Shown here in pieces: positions 38,214 to 47,464 of a stretch of DNA of 64,000 nucleotides (its first letter is position 1; each line of letters opens with the position of its first letter). Position numbers and translations under genes: made by a program. The DNA comes from a virus (lineage: Duplodnaviria > Caudoviricetes): positions 1,634 to 65,633 of the IMG/VR virus record IMGVR_UViG_3300037067_007008. One strand, given 5' to 3'. Below the pieces are notes generated by a model. It saw only the letters and a list, made by a program, of their open reading frames with translations, made no database searches and was not told where the DNA came from.

Positions 38214-38791
38214 AGCTCCTCCATACTGGCCAACCCACCATCCATTCCAGCCTTCTTCCGCTCACTGTCGATGATGTTGCTGGCCAAGTTCATATATGAA
38301 GAAGCATGAGCACTCACTACAGGTGTAGGAGCATCCTCATCATAAGCCTCCATTGCTACAACCAAATGCATCAAGGCATTAGCCACCTTCACAGCAGCCA
38401 CAACACACTCCCTACCCTTACCCTCAGGGCAGACAATCTGTACATCACCTAGCAGCCCTTGCAGAATCCGATCTGCCAGCTCATCACTAAGCTCTCCCTT
38501 TATTACTTCACCAGTGACAGTGCTCTTATAAAACATCTGCCCAGGCTTCAGATCCTTTGCTGCTTCTGCAACCCCAGGGTTGCCAGCTCCAACACCTTCA
38601 AAGTCTTCCACACTCGGCATTCTCTCCTCCTTTGCAGCCTCAACCTTAAGTCTCGGCTGTGGTTTATCCATCCCCTCAATAGCCTTCATTAAATCCCTCT
38701 GACTTAACTTCACCGTAGCTACCATTCGTTGTTCCTCCTTCTTCACATTGGGCCAAATTAGCCTCCACAAACAGCAAAAGGCCCCACCCAC
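38210..38791 (-). CDS. Hypothetical protein
   Basis: ~170-190 aa. The true start is probably MVATVK (SD AGGAGGA). Confidence 0.55.
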   Translation of the reverse strand: MGGAFCCLWRLIWPNVKKEEQRMVATVKLSQRDLMKAIEGMDKPQPRLKVEAAKEERMPSVEDFEGVGAGNPGVAEAAKDLKPGQMFYKSTVTGEVIKGELSDELADRILQGLLGDVQIVCPEGKGRECVVAAVKVANALMHLVVAMEAYDEDAPTPVVSAHASSYMNLASNIIDSERKKAGMDGGLASMEEL

Positions 38792-38849
38792 ATTGACTGT
38801 GGATGAGGCCTCTTTACTACTTTACTACCTTACAACCACCACCAGAGAG

Positions 38850-39254
38850 CTAAAAGCCTCCCTTAATGGCAGGCACCAGGGTAATGACATCGTTATTCAC
38901 GATGCTTCCACAAGGCGTCCGACCATTGACTCTCACCTGAAAGCCACTGGCATTCACACCAGCTGCATCCAGCACCTGTTCAAGCGAGCTGCCACTCGGC
39001 ACCATAACCTCTTTCACTGCCGCGCCCAGCTGGGCCACCTTCACGAAGATGTCACTACCACCTTTGATAGCCGGAACCAACGTAATGACATCCCCCGCTC
39101 TCAGGGTTGCCGTGGCTTCTCTTCCATTGACCCGGATCTGGAAACCAGAGGCACTGACACCAGCCGCAGTCAAGGCCTGGGCAACAGGGGAGTTATCTTC
39201 GATGGCAACTTCTTTAACGGCGGAACCAAGCTGGGCAACTTTAACGATAATCAT
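38850..39254 (-). CDS. Tandem di-ubiquitin-like (beta-grasp, ThiS/MoaD-like) protein
   Basis: Two repeats of VKVAQLG.AVKEV...AGV.ASGFQ.RVNGR...DVITLVPAIKGG, ending GG-S (internal) and GG-F (terminus). Confidence 0.85.
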   Translation of the reverse strand: MIIVKVAQLGSAVKEVAIEDNSPVAQALTAAGVSASGFQIRVNGREATATLRAGDVITLVPAIKGGSDIFVKVAQLGAAVKEVMVPSGSSLEQVLDAAGVNASGFQVRVNGRTPCGSIVNNDVITLVPAIKGGF

Positions 39255-39383
39255 AAATATTCATTCTCCATTAACTTATTGATTGTTATTGATTTACTAG
39301 ATTTACTACAAAAACCTTATAACCACACAGCCATAAGGGTTACTCTTTACTACGAACCTTCATTACATCAGACTGCTTAGACC

Positions 39384-39545
39384 TTAATAGCTAAGTCCAA
39401 GAGCCTCAATACGCCTCAGGATAGGCAGAGCATTATACAGCACTTCCAGCTCTTTACCATCCAACTCAACATGACCACCTGCATGTTCAGTCAGCAGGTT
39501 CTCCAGAGAGTCAGCAGCAATCCCTGCTTCCTCTATAGCATCCAT
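39384..39545 (-). CDS. Small hypothetical protein (53 aa) inside the Ubl cluster
   Basis: MDAIEEAGIAADSLENLL...LGLSY, SD GGAGGT. Confidence 0.55.
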   Translation of the reverse strand: MDAIEEAGIAADSLENLLTEHAGGHVELDGKELEVLYNALPILRRIEALGLSY

Positions 39546-39562
39546 ACTTCACCTCCAGATAA

Positions 39563-40237
39563 CTATTCATTAGTAATCAACGTCAACGTCACAAGGTCAA
39601 ATATGATCTCCTTAACTACCACCTCCTTTTTGGAGAACTTTTTGACCTGATTGGCTACCAGCGATGCGATAGCAAACCCTGTGTAGATAATAGCCTTTGC
39701 AGTACAAGGCTCCTCACTGGCCTCCTCATCACTATAAAGGGTGCTCTCATACCATTCCACCTGCTCCTTATCATTAGGATTGATAGAATGAATCCTAAGC
39801 ACCTGAGCACCCATTCGGGCATCAATGTACAACTTAACCCTCATGTTGCCCTTAATCTTCTCCCAAATCTCCTTTCTGCTTCTCATAGAGTCAACACCAC
39901 TGATTATTACCTCACTACTGGGTATGGAGTGTTCTCCAAACTTTGCAGCATACACCATAGGTTCCACACCTGCAAAGGCATTGCATACCCATTGGGCAGC
40001 ACTTACCTTGTCATTCCCAATGCTGTCAATGGGATACAACTGACTAGGTAAGTTATGATCCTCCACCTTATCATCATCAAAGATGGTGATATGCTCACAT
40101 CCCATCTTAGCCAGAGCCAATACAGTGAAACTCCCTATACCCCCCACTCCAATCATAGTCACCCAAGGCAGTTCATCAGGAGTTACAATGTCAGTCTGTC
40201 TCCAAAAATCTAACTTAGTCCCACCCTGTTCCGCCAT
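39563..40237 (-). CDS. ThiF/MoeB-family E1-like adenylating enzyme
   Basis: FWRQ Arg, IGVGGIGS, DDDKVEDHNLPSQ, GVDS, candidate catalytic Cys in EEPCTAK (39704-39706). Confidence 0.9.
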   Translation of the reverse strand: MAEQGGTKLDFWRQTDIVTPDELPWVTMIGVGGIGSFTVLALAKMGCEHITIFDDDKVEDHNLPSQLYPIDSIGNDKVSAAQWVCNAFAGVEPMVYAAKFGEHSIPSSEVIISGVDSMRSRKEIWEKIKGNMRVKLYIDARMGAQVLRIHSINPNDKEQVEWYESTLYSDEEASEEPCTAKAIIYTGFAIASLVANQVKKFSKKEVVVKEIIFDLVTLTLITNE

Positions 40238-40968
40238 GAATATCCCTCCTCCTCTTCTTCTTCCTGTGCTGCTTCTTTAGCTTTCCTTTCCTCAGGTGTG
40301 TACCAAATCCATCGTGTGTTGCCATCGGTACCTTTCTCCCAATAGCCCTCAGATGACCGTGCCGTCCTATCTTTCGGGATCGTCTGGAAGTTATCCGGCT
40401 GGCGTACTCCGTTGACATAAACTCCCCCTCCCATATACGTTCCTCCTCCAGGCTGAAACCCGATTGAGGATTGAAACCTGTTTGTAACCTTCGCCTGCAC
40501 CTCTTCTTCTATCAACTTCTTCAGTGCAGGACTCAGCTCAGGATAGGCAACCTGAAGCTCAATAGCATCCACTACAAGGTAGACAGGATCATAAACATCC
40601 AATCTCCCCTTATATGCTCCCTTCTTATTAACCACCAATGAGAGCATCCAGCCGTTGCCAAACTTTCCAGCTGTCTCAGTGTCAGTCCCACTCCAGAACA
40701 CATTCATATCAGCATGAGAATGCCACCAGAGCTTGATCTGCTCTGGATGCTCATCCTTAGTTATCCTCTCCATCAGAAACTCAGCCACAGCATCAGGCTT
40801 GAGATCGGTGGTAGCACCAGTAGAGTCCTGTTCCAACAGAAATATCTCTGTTACATACAGTGCACCCTTGTCCACTATCACTCTCCCAAGTCCTGAGATT
40901 TCACCATGAGCAAGCTGGGTATACAAATCCAAGCGTTGCTTCACCTCATAAGACATGTGTACTTTCAT
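40210..40968 (-). CDS. JAB/JAMM (MPN+) metalloprotease, deconjugase-like
   Basis: GEISG Glu plus an exact H-S-H-x7-S-x2-D motif (HSHADMNVFWSGTD). Confidence 0.9.
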   Translation of the reverse strand: MKVHMSYEVKQRLDLYTQLAHGEISGLGRVIVDKGALYVTEIFLLEQDSTGATTDLKPDAVAEFLMERITKDEHPEQIKLWWHSHADMNVFWSGTDTETAGKFGNGWMLSLVVNKKGAYKGRLDVYDPVYLVVDAIELQVAYPELSPALKKLIEEEVQAKVTNRFQSSIGFQPGGGTYMGGGVYVNGVRQPDNFQTIPKDRTARSSEGYWEKGTDGNTRWIWYTPEERKAKEAAQEEEEEEGYSWRNRVGLS

Positions 40969-41003
40969 TATTCCTCCATTATTACTTGGTTATTGGTTAC
41001 TAC

Positions 41004-43103
41004 TTAGAAGGATTCGTCATCACCATTGTCATCATCATCACAGGTGCAGCAGTCTTCACACCTGCCACAATCAGGACAGAACTCATAGTCCTCATCAAGT
41101 TCATCCCCACAGTGAGGACATGTCACAACTGCAGGAACAGAAGATGCAGCCTCAGGAGTTACAATAGCTGTTGCAGCCCCTTCCTCCACCTTCACTTTTG
41201 GCCAGTGCAGCGGGTTAATATACCAGTCTGAAGTATTAGCAGTTTGCAGATACTCAATCAGCAATGGTATCAAGGCTGCAAACTCCAGCTCTGACAGCAG
41301 CTTATAGACACCCTTACTGATATTTCCCAAACAAGGTGTCCCATCGCCACCCAGATGCGGATGAGTACAACCATTTACCAAAGGCAACCCATCAACAGAC
41401 TGAATCTTAATAGAACCACCCTTGGTATCGACGATGATCCTGTATGCATGACCTTGGAACCACATCTCCCTATACTTAAAGTTCATGTGATCCGTCTTGA
41501 TCATCAGTATCCCGCTGCTAAAGGTTACTGTTACAACATGATCCAGCTTTACAAGCCTCTCATATTCATCAGCAGCCTTCTGCCTTCCTGCAGTCTCATC
41601 ACCATCATTGAGCTGAGCCAGCAACACCTTCTGCTTTGTCAGCTCTGCAGTATAAGCCTCAATGCTGGAGATATTCTGAGCTATGCCACGCTCCAAACTG
41701 ATGATATCCTTCTTGGCCTTTTCTACAGTCACAGAGCTGACTGACTTATACAACTGATACATCGACTCCTTCTGTCTCTCAACATCAGGAACGCCACCAT
41801 TAGCCTGTAACTCCTTATATCTGCTGAGGATACAGCCCATTATGGTAGCTGCACTATTGGTAGAATGTGGCAGGTCAAACAGAACAAACAACGTCCTGCC
41901 TAACACTTCTGCCACAGCCTCCCCTTGATCATCATAGATAGTGTAATCAGCACAACCGCTCTCACGACAACTTGCATTCTGTCCACCAGCCAAAGTATAA
42001 CCAAATGCTTTCTCTCTGGTGTAGCCATAATGCTCACCTCTGCTGGCATTGGCCCAGAATACAATCCTCAGTTTACCTTCAGGAGGCTGAGTTTCATCCC
42101 ACCCTGAGTTATGGAAGTTCTTCAACCTGATGGCAATCTTATTTTCCTCTGCAAACTGCTTAAGCACTGGTCTCATTACATCCAATGCCTCAAGGCTGCC
42201 TAATGATTCTGCCCTTACATTATACATATCTTCAATACTCCCTCCTTCCACTACTGGTGCTTCCTGTGTTGGTGAAGCTGGCCGTTTTGCTCTCTCTGCA
42301 GCCCTTGCAAGTCTTCTAGCTTCCTGTTCTGCCAAAGCTCTTGCATTCTCATGACTGATAGCCATCTTCATATTGTCATCTATGGTATCGACAATCATGT
42401 CAAAGCTACCAAACTGCTCAATAACACGCCCAAGCTCACTGGCAGGAATGGCTATTCCTGTAATGCCCCCATAATCAACAATGGTTGCAGGCACTACTGG
42501 AATCCCTGCTTCCACCATGGCTGAATATTGATGATCCCTACCATATAACAGTATCCATCCTCCCCAGCCTTCCATACTCTGCATGGTTGGCTGTAGGGTT
42601 GGTGCCTCTGTTGGCACTGGATCACTTGCAAGAGATGTTGCCGTATCCATACTTATTGAATCTCCTGTACCATATGCAGAATCTACAGTAACTGTAGGTT
42701 CAGGTCTCAAGTTAGTGGCAGGAGTATGTCTGGGATACTCACTCTCACTCCTCCTCATACCACTATCCATAAACACTGTCCCTGGATTGCCTGTGCCATA
42801 GGAAAACCGATCAGAATATGTAGGACATGTCTCCAATCCTGATTGATGCCAGCCAAAGCGCAGGCCACAATTCCTACAAACTCTGTCCATTATTTCCCCT
42901 CCATCCCTGACATAACTACGTGCTTGTATGGGAGTTAGTGCTTCTGGGATGAACACTCCACTACCTATGAAGTGGCCACCTCCCATACTAAGTCTCTCAT
43001 CAGGAGGAATACAGGAACCACTAAAATGCGCTCCCCTTCTCCTGCCACATGCAGCGCATTGTTCGTCAAATGCATCTCCATGACTTCTTCTATTAGTACT
43101 CAA
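41004..43103 (-). CDS. Multidomain protein with prokaryotic E2-like domain
   Basis: HPHLGGDGTPCLGN (E2-type HPx...CL, Cys at 41331-41333) after a coiled coil. N-terminal CxxC-x5-H-x4/6-C repeats and C-terminal Cys cluster. Confidence 0.65.
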   Translation of the reverse strand: MSTNRRSHGDAFDEQCAACGRRRGAHFSGSCIPPDERLSMGGGHFIGSGVFIPEALTPIQARSYVRDGGEIMDRVCRNCGLRFGWHQSGLETCPTYSDRFSYGTGNPGTVFMDSGMRRSESEYPRHTPATNLRPEPTVTVDSAYGTGDSISMDTATSLASDPVPTEAPTLQPTMQSMEGWGGWILLYGRDHQYSAMVEAGIPVVPATIVDYGGITGIAIPASELGRVIEQFGSFDMIVDTIDDNMKMAISHENARALAEQEARRLARAAERAKRPASPTQEAPVVEGGSIEDMYNVRAESLGSLEALDVMRPVLKQFAEENKIAIRLKNFHNSGWDETQPPEGKLRIVFWANASRGEHYGYTREKAFGYTLAGGQNASCRESGCADYTIYDDQGEAVAEVLGRTLFVLFDLPHSTNSAATIMGCILSRYKELQANGGVPDVERQKESMYQLYKSVSSVTVEKAKKDIISLERGIAQNISSIEAYTAELTKQKVLLAQLNDGDETAGRQKAADEYERLVKLDHVVTVTFSSGILMIKTDHMNFKYREMWFQGHAYRIIVDTKGGSIKIQSVDGLPLVNGCTHPHLGGDGTPCLGNISKGVYKLLSELEFAALIPLLIEYLQTANTSDWYINPLHWPKVKVEEGAATAIVTPEAASSVPAVVTCPHCGDELDEDYEFCPDCGRCEDCCTCDDDDNGDDESF

Positions 43104-43115
43104 GTTTCCTCCTTT

Positions 43116-43571
43116 CTACTTAGGAATCTTAATCCTGAACCGCTTCAAAGCAGCTTTCCAGTCAGCTTCCCTAAGTAGCATCTTGTGAGCTACTACACTA
43201 ATGCACGGCTTTCTTCCTGCAGTTGTAACAATCTGCAGGCCTCTGTACATGATTTCATTCGCTTCAACTTGGACAACGACTGACCCTGTGGCATTCCATC
43301 CCTTCCACTTCATCACATCTTCCCTCTTAACGAAGCAATGGAAGCCAGTCTTATATGACTTAGATCCAGTCCCTGTCCTATAGTTGTATGGTGTAGACTC
43401 CTTCTTGGTCTCAGCTGTCAGTACCTTATTCATAGGTACTAAATATCTGCTGTCGAGACTCATGCAGGGAAATGCAGGATTCCCTTCATGGTTAACATTA
43501 AACACCTTATAAACCACTATCTTCTTCTTCAATCGTGGCTTATACTCTTTAGTGATCTTACTAAGACACAT
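43116..43571 (-). CDS. Hypothetical phage protein (tandem paralog 1)
   Basis: YKVF...GFHCF...EIMYRGLQ shared with the next gene. Confidence 0.6.
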   Translation of the reverse strand: MCLSKITKEYKPRLKKKIVVYKVFNVNHEGNPAFPCMSLDSRYLVPMNKVLTAETKKESTPYNYRTGTGSKSYKTGFHCFVKREDVMKWKGWNATGSVVVQVEANEIMYRGLQIVTTAGRKPCISVVAHKMLLREADWKAALKRFRIKIPK

Positions 43572-43623
43572 GCTGTCCTCCCTTCTACTTTTGGGGCTTA
43601 ACCTTAAAGCGTTTCAAGGCAGC

Positions 43624-44028
43624 CTACCAATCAGCTTCCTTGAGCAACATCTTGTGAGCTATCACAGCTGGGCACAGTTTCTTCCCTCCAACTGTCCCAA
43701 TTTGCAGTCCCCGGTACATAATCTCATTCACCTCAACCTGCACCGCAACACTGCTGCCTGCATAGAGATTAAGTCTTTTCCACACCATTGCATCCTTCTC
43801 ATTGATGAAGCAATGAAAGCCGGATTTGTACTTCTTCCCACCAGGCATACGGATGCTTACTGCCTTTGCTGTTAATACCTTCCCTACTGGCACCCTGGTA
43901 GTACCGTTACCAAGTGCACAATAAGGAAACAGTGGCAACCCTTCACTGCTTACATTAAAACCCTTCCACACCTTCATCCTTCTCTTCAGGTATGGTTTAT
44001 ATTCCTTTGTAACCTTATTTAAGCACAT
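43624..44028 (-). CDS. Hypothetical phage protein (tandem paralog 2, premature amber)
   Basis: Start MCLNKV (SD GGAGG). Stops at EADW-TAG, but AALKRF continues in frame. Confidence 0.6.
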   Translation of the reverse strand: MCLNKVTKEYKPYLKRRMKVWKGFNVSSEGLPLFPYCALGNGTTRVPVGKVLTAKAVSIRMPGGKKYKSGFHCFINEKDAMVWKRLNLYAGSSVAVQVEVNEIMYRGLQIGTVGGKKLCPAVIAHKMLLKEADW

Positions 44029-44116
44029 ATCAATAAATCCTCCCTCCTTGGTATAGTTAATCCAAGGTTCCACCCAACACCTCTTATTGCTAAGAGATGC
44101 AGGGTGAAATCCAAGA

Positions 44117-44335
44117 TTACCCTTCTTCCTTTGTTGAAGCCTTCTCCCTCAACAGCCCTCTGATAATGTCCTCATCAAAGCCAGGATCACCATACATCTC
44201 CTTCACCAGGTTCATAGCCTCTTCCCTCTGAGGATCATCCCACAGCTCCCTGGCCTTCTCCTCACTCACCCCCTCCTCAAGGGCAACTTTAAGGAACTCC
44301 TCATACGTGCATATCCACTTGCACTGCTTTCCCAC
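44117..44335 (-). CDS. Hypothetical protein
   Basis: 72 aa, SD AGGA. Confidence 0.45.
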   Translation of the reverse strand: MGKQCKWICTYEEFLKVALEEGVSEEKARELWDDPQREEAMNLVKEMYGDPGFDEDIIRGLLREKASTKEEG

Positions 44336-44519
44336 TGTTCCTCCTTTCCTCGTTATGCCTCAAATCCTCAGCCAAACTCTCAAGTGTTGCTATCTGTGTA
44401 GCCACACTTAACCCAGATGCCAGCAAAGACTCAAACAACCTCACATAAAGTCTCTCATTCATAGCCAGCCTCCCTAAGTACTTCCAAAGCTGCCCTATAA
44501 TCAGTAATAGCCTCTTCAA
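44301..44519 (-). CDS. Hypothetical protein
   Basis: The true start is probably MNERLY (~44462). Confidence 0.35.
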   Translation of the reverse strand: MKRLLLIIGQLWKYLGRLAMNERLYVRLFESLLASGLSVATQIATLESLAEDLRHNEERRNSGKAVQVDMHV

Positions 44520-44670
44520 TCTGATCTGTTGTTGATTGGAGAGCAGTTACACGATTCTGTGCCCTGCATATCTCCTCCATTTCAATATCTATGGAGCCAG
44601 TAAGACCAATGAGTTTCTTTTCCAGGCTCTCAGTGGTCATGATCAGGAGTTCAACTGCCTTGTGTTTCAT
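44455..44670 (-). CDS. Coiled-coil hypothetical protein
   Basis: 71 aa with heptad pattern. Confidence 0.45.
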   Translation of the reverse strand: MKHKAVELLIMTTESLEKKLIGLTGSIDIEMEEICRAQNRVTALQSTTDQIEEAITDYRAALEVLREAGYE

Positions 44671-44872
44671 TGTTCATGGCCTCCAGCATTTCGATGGTAT
44701 TTACATACCCACCAATCTCCTGCTCAAATCTTGTAATAGCAGTACAGTACCGCTCTATCTGAGCCTGAGAATGACTGATTCTCTCTTCCTCAACACGCAT
44801 GAAGCCTTTATGCTCATCAATCTGATGCTTAAGCTTTGTAATCTGTAGCCTTAAGAGTTCAATAGCAGTCAT
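44651..44872 (-). CDS. Coiled-coil hypothetical protein
   Basis: 73 aa with heptad pattern. Confidence 0.45.
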   Translation of the reverse strand: MTAIELLRLQITKLKHQIDEHKGFMRVEEERISHSQAQIERYCTAITRFEQEIGGYVNTIEMLEAMNNETQGS

Positions 44873-44884
44873 AACTTCACCCCC

Positions 44885-45115
44885 TTAAAATGCCTCAGGT
44901 GGATAAGACAATAACCTAGCCTCTTCTCCACATGCTTCAACAACTTCTGACCAGTCATTGTACTTAGTCTCAACTGGCCCAGCAGGTACAGAGGCAAGAC
45001 ACTTAAAGAACAGTTCCTGCCTTAGCTTCTGATCAGGCTTTGGTGTAGCTGCAGGTTTGCCACAACCTGTAAGTACAACCAGTCCCAATAAACTCAATGC
45101 TATCAATGCTTTCAC
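44885..45115 (-). CDS. Small lipoprotein
   Basis: MKALIALSLLGLVVLTGC: signal peptide with LTGC lipobox. Two further Cys. Confidence 0.65.
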   Translation of the reverse strand: MKALIALSLLGLVVLTGCGKPAATPKPDQKLRQELFFKCLASVPAGPVETKYNDWSEVVEACGEEARLLSYPPEAF

Positions 45116-45275
45116 AGTTTCCCTCCCTTTTAGCTCTTATCCTTTGCTGTGTTTTCAAGTATTAAGCAGGTTCCAAAGTAGACGAAAAGGTACAACCACA
45201 TTGGCCAGTGATAGAACTCTGATAATGGCAAACAGATAAGAAGCACCCCGAAAAATCTCCCCCAAGCGCGTCCTG

Positions 45276-45458
45276 TCACAGTTTCACCCCCGCCCTAGCC
45301 AACCATGCCTTATTAGCATTCAGGCTGTCAGGAGGAGCGACAGCTATCTCCCTTATCATGTTAATAACTCCCAGGCTATAGTCCCTTTCCTGTATAGCCT
45401 GCACAGTCACTTCAGAGATGGCCTTCAGCCTCTCTGTATTGGTCCAGTTCTTAGGCAT
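45276..45458 (-). CDS. Hypothetical protein
   Basis: 60 aa, SD GGAGGA. Confidence 0.45.
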   Translation of the reverse strand: MPKNWTNTERLKAISEVTVQAIQERDYSLGVINMIREIAVAPPDSLNANKAWLARAGVKL

Positions 45459-45559
45459 TACCTAATCCTCCAATCCTGATATCCACCTACCCATTTAGCC
45501 ATCAGCATACTGAATACAAACCATCCAAGCATAAACAGTACTATTGACATAAGCTCCTC

Positions 45560-45775
45560 CTATACCTGCCTATACTCAACAAACTTAAAGTAACTGGGGC
45601 CAATTCCAAAAGCACTGCCTTGTTTACAGTCTGCAAATGATCCATGTTCGTAGTAGAACAGATCACCCTTCTTAAGCCCATGCCTCTTACACCACTCAGG
45701 CACCCTTACCAATTTAAAGTATGGAAGGTAGAATGGTGTATTGTTGATTACTTCATTAAACTTGATCCTATTCAT
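45560..45775 (-). CDS. Hypothetical protein
   Basis: 71 aa, SD AGGAGG. Confidence 0.45.
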   Translation of the reverse strand: MNRIKFNEVINNTPFYLPYFKLVRVPEWCKRHGLKKGDLFYYEHGSFADCKQGSAFGIGPSYFKFVEYRQV

Positions 45776-46189
45776 AATTCCTCCTATCCTATTGTTATTG
45801 TTATACTTATACTAATATATTATAGCTATATACATAATAGGATAAGGGTGGCATCCAGCTAGGTTGTGACTACCTCAACATGTTGCCATATCAAGGTGAA
45901 ACCTCACCCATGCGTTGCTGGCCTTTGATTTCAGCTGCGACAGCTGTAGGGGCCACTCTTTTTACATCTACTGCTTAGTTACTACCTTCTTCCATTCAAT
46001 ACATCCTCACCAATCTTATCCCATCCGTAAGGAGCCAACAGCAACTCCAACTCTTGGCTATCCATCTCAGGCTCAGGCATTGCAACAGCCAGCTTCTCTG
46101 TTGCCTCCTTATATGCAGCCTCAAATCCTTTACATTCAGCACAATCACACATTTCATAACCTCTTCACAGATAAGGATTTACGGTTCGT

Positions 46190-46375
46190 CTACTTATTAT
46201 CGTAGCGTGCCCTCATTATAGCCACTGCCTCCATGTGCTCCTTAGGTGGCAGGCTCTTGCATCTCCCGCATAGATGCTCCCTGCCATGGAGGTCTGCCAA
46301 TGTATAAGCTTCAACCTCCCTTCTACATACCAGACAATTGAATACTATTGTGTTCTGCTTCATGTTATCCTCCAT
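46190..46375 (-). CDS. Small zinc-ribbon-like protein
   Basis: CLVC...LCGRC. Confidence 0.45.
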   Translation of the reverse strand: MEDNMKQNTIVFNCLVCRREVEAYTLADLHGREHLCGRCKSLPPKEHMEAVAIMRARYDNK

Positions 46376-46543
46376 TGTTATAGTTAGTTATAAGAGCAGG
46401 ACAGGCTATCCATATAGGATAACCTGCCCTTGATGTTGTAGCCTTTTAGCTACTACTCCATGGCTGTTCCTCCCCTATATTGGTTACATTGTATCAAGCA
46501 ATTTCAGTATCCTAATCTTAGATGATTTACATCGTGTACAAAC

Positions 46544-46579
46544 AAAAAAAGGGGGCCACAGCCTTTCAGCCATGACCCC
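46544..46579 (-). terminator. Rho-independent terminator
   Basis: GGGGTCATGGC...GCTGTGGCCCC stem plus U7 on the minus strand. Confidence 0.7.
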
Positions 46580-46865
46580 TATTTGCTACTTTACTTCTTT
46601 GTTACTTTCATACTTGTAAGTAGCTTCCATCCTGTCTGCCAGATCCTTTACTGCTGCTATGAACTCAGGATATGTTAGCTTGGTGCTCGCTATAACTAAC
46701 ATGCCTCTGATTTTACCCTGTAAGGATACCTGCCTTTCATTCATCTCTGACATTCTGCATGTCTCCTTTTATGATGGTGCATACTACCTAATTCATGATT
46801 CAATTCCACTTCACCAAACATTCACCTTTTCCTATAATTGCCTCATCTAAAGAACTTACAGACAC

Positions 46866-46898
46866 AAAAAAAGGGGAGGGCATTTTCATGCCCTCCCC
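46866..46898 (-). terminator. Rho-independent terminator
   Basis: GGGGAGGGCAT-GAAA-ATGCCCTCCCC plus U7 on the minus strand. Confidence 0.8.
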
Positions 46899-46924
46899 AA
46901 GTGCTTATTTTGCTTATATTTAGC

Positions 46925-47464
46925 CTAAATCTCTGCCAAAATGCTATCCAGAAGGCCTTCATCCACGCCTGTCTGCTCATCCAACCTGTAATAGGTAGTC
47001 CAGCCTCTCCCATTACCTTGCCCATCCTTCGTACCACGGTTATTGACCATGGTAATCAACCCGTTAGCAGCTGCAATATCACCACAAGCAACCATAGCGC
47101 AATGACAACAGTCATTGCAGGGTGCTTCGGGAGTGCAAACCCCCTTAGGCTTCAGGTTACCCCATGTTTTGGGTATATCAGGATTGGCTGCAATTTCCTT
47201 CTGGATCATCTTGTAGACATACTGAGAGAATTGCCCTCTGTCACGCCTGAGACCTACATACTGCTCTGTCCTGCTTCTATCAACAGGCTTTACTCCCGGA
47301 GCAGATATGATCTTGAACCCTCTGGGCAACTTATTGACAAGGCCTACAAATGCCTTGATCATACGTTCCGTTGGTTCCAAAGTGACCGGGGGATAAACTG
47401 GTACAGTGCGTTTTGCTGCTATTGCTGCTGCTCTTGTCAATGCCATGGTAGTATCTCCATTCAT
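46925..47464 (-). CDS. Hypothetical protein, first gene of the leftward early region
   Basis: Start moved to ATG 47464 (MNGDTTMAL). Contains CNDCCHC. Confidence 0.55.
   Translation of the reverse strand: MNGDTTMALTRAAAIAAKRTVPVYPPVTLEPTERMIKAFVGLVNKLPRGFKIISAPGVKPVDRSRTEQYVGLRRDRGQFSQYVYKMIQKEIAANPDIPKTWGNLKPKGVCTPEAPCNDCCHCAMVACGDIAAANGLITMVNNRGTKDGQGNGRGWTTYYRLDEQTGVDEGLLDSILAEI

Noticed and set aside
38850-40237. Auxiliary thiamine or molybdopterin biosynthesis (ThiS/ThiF) genes
   Set aside because: No thiG, moaE, cysteine desulfurase or rhodanese partner. The Ubl is a capped tandem precursor linked to JAB and E2-like genes, which fits conjugation better.
43624-43626. Genome-wide TAG recoding
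   Set aside because: Long conserved genes are uninterrupted under the standard code, and several genes end at TAG exactly before the next gene or SD (e.g. 55950, 43116).
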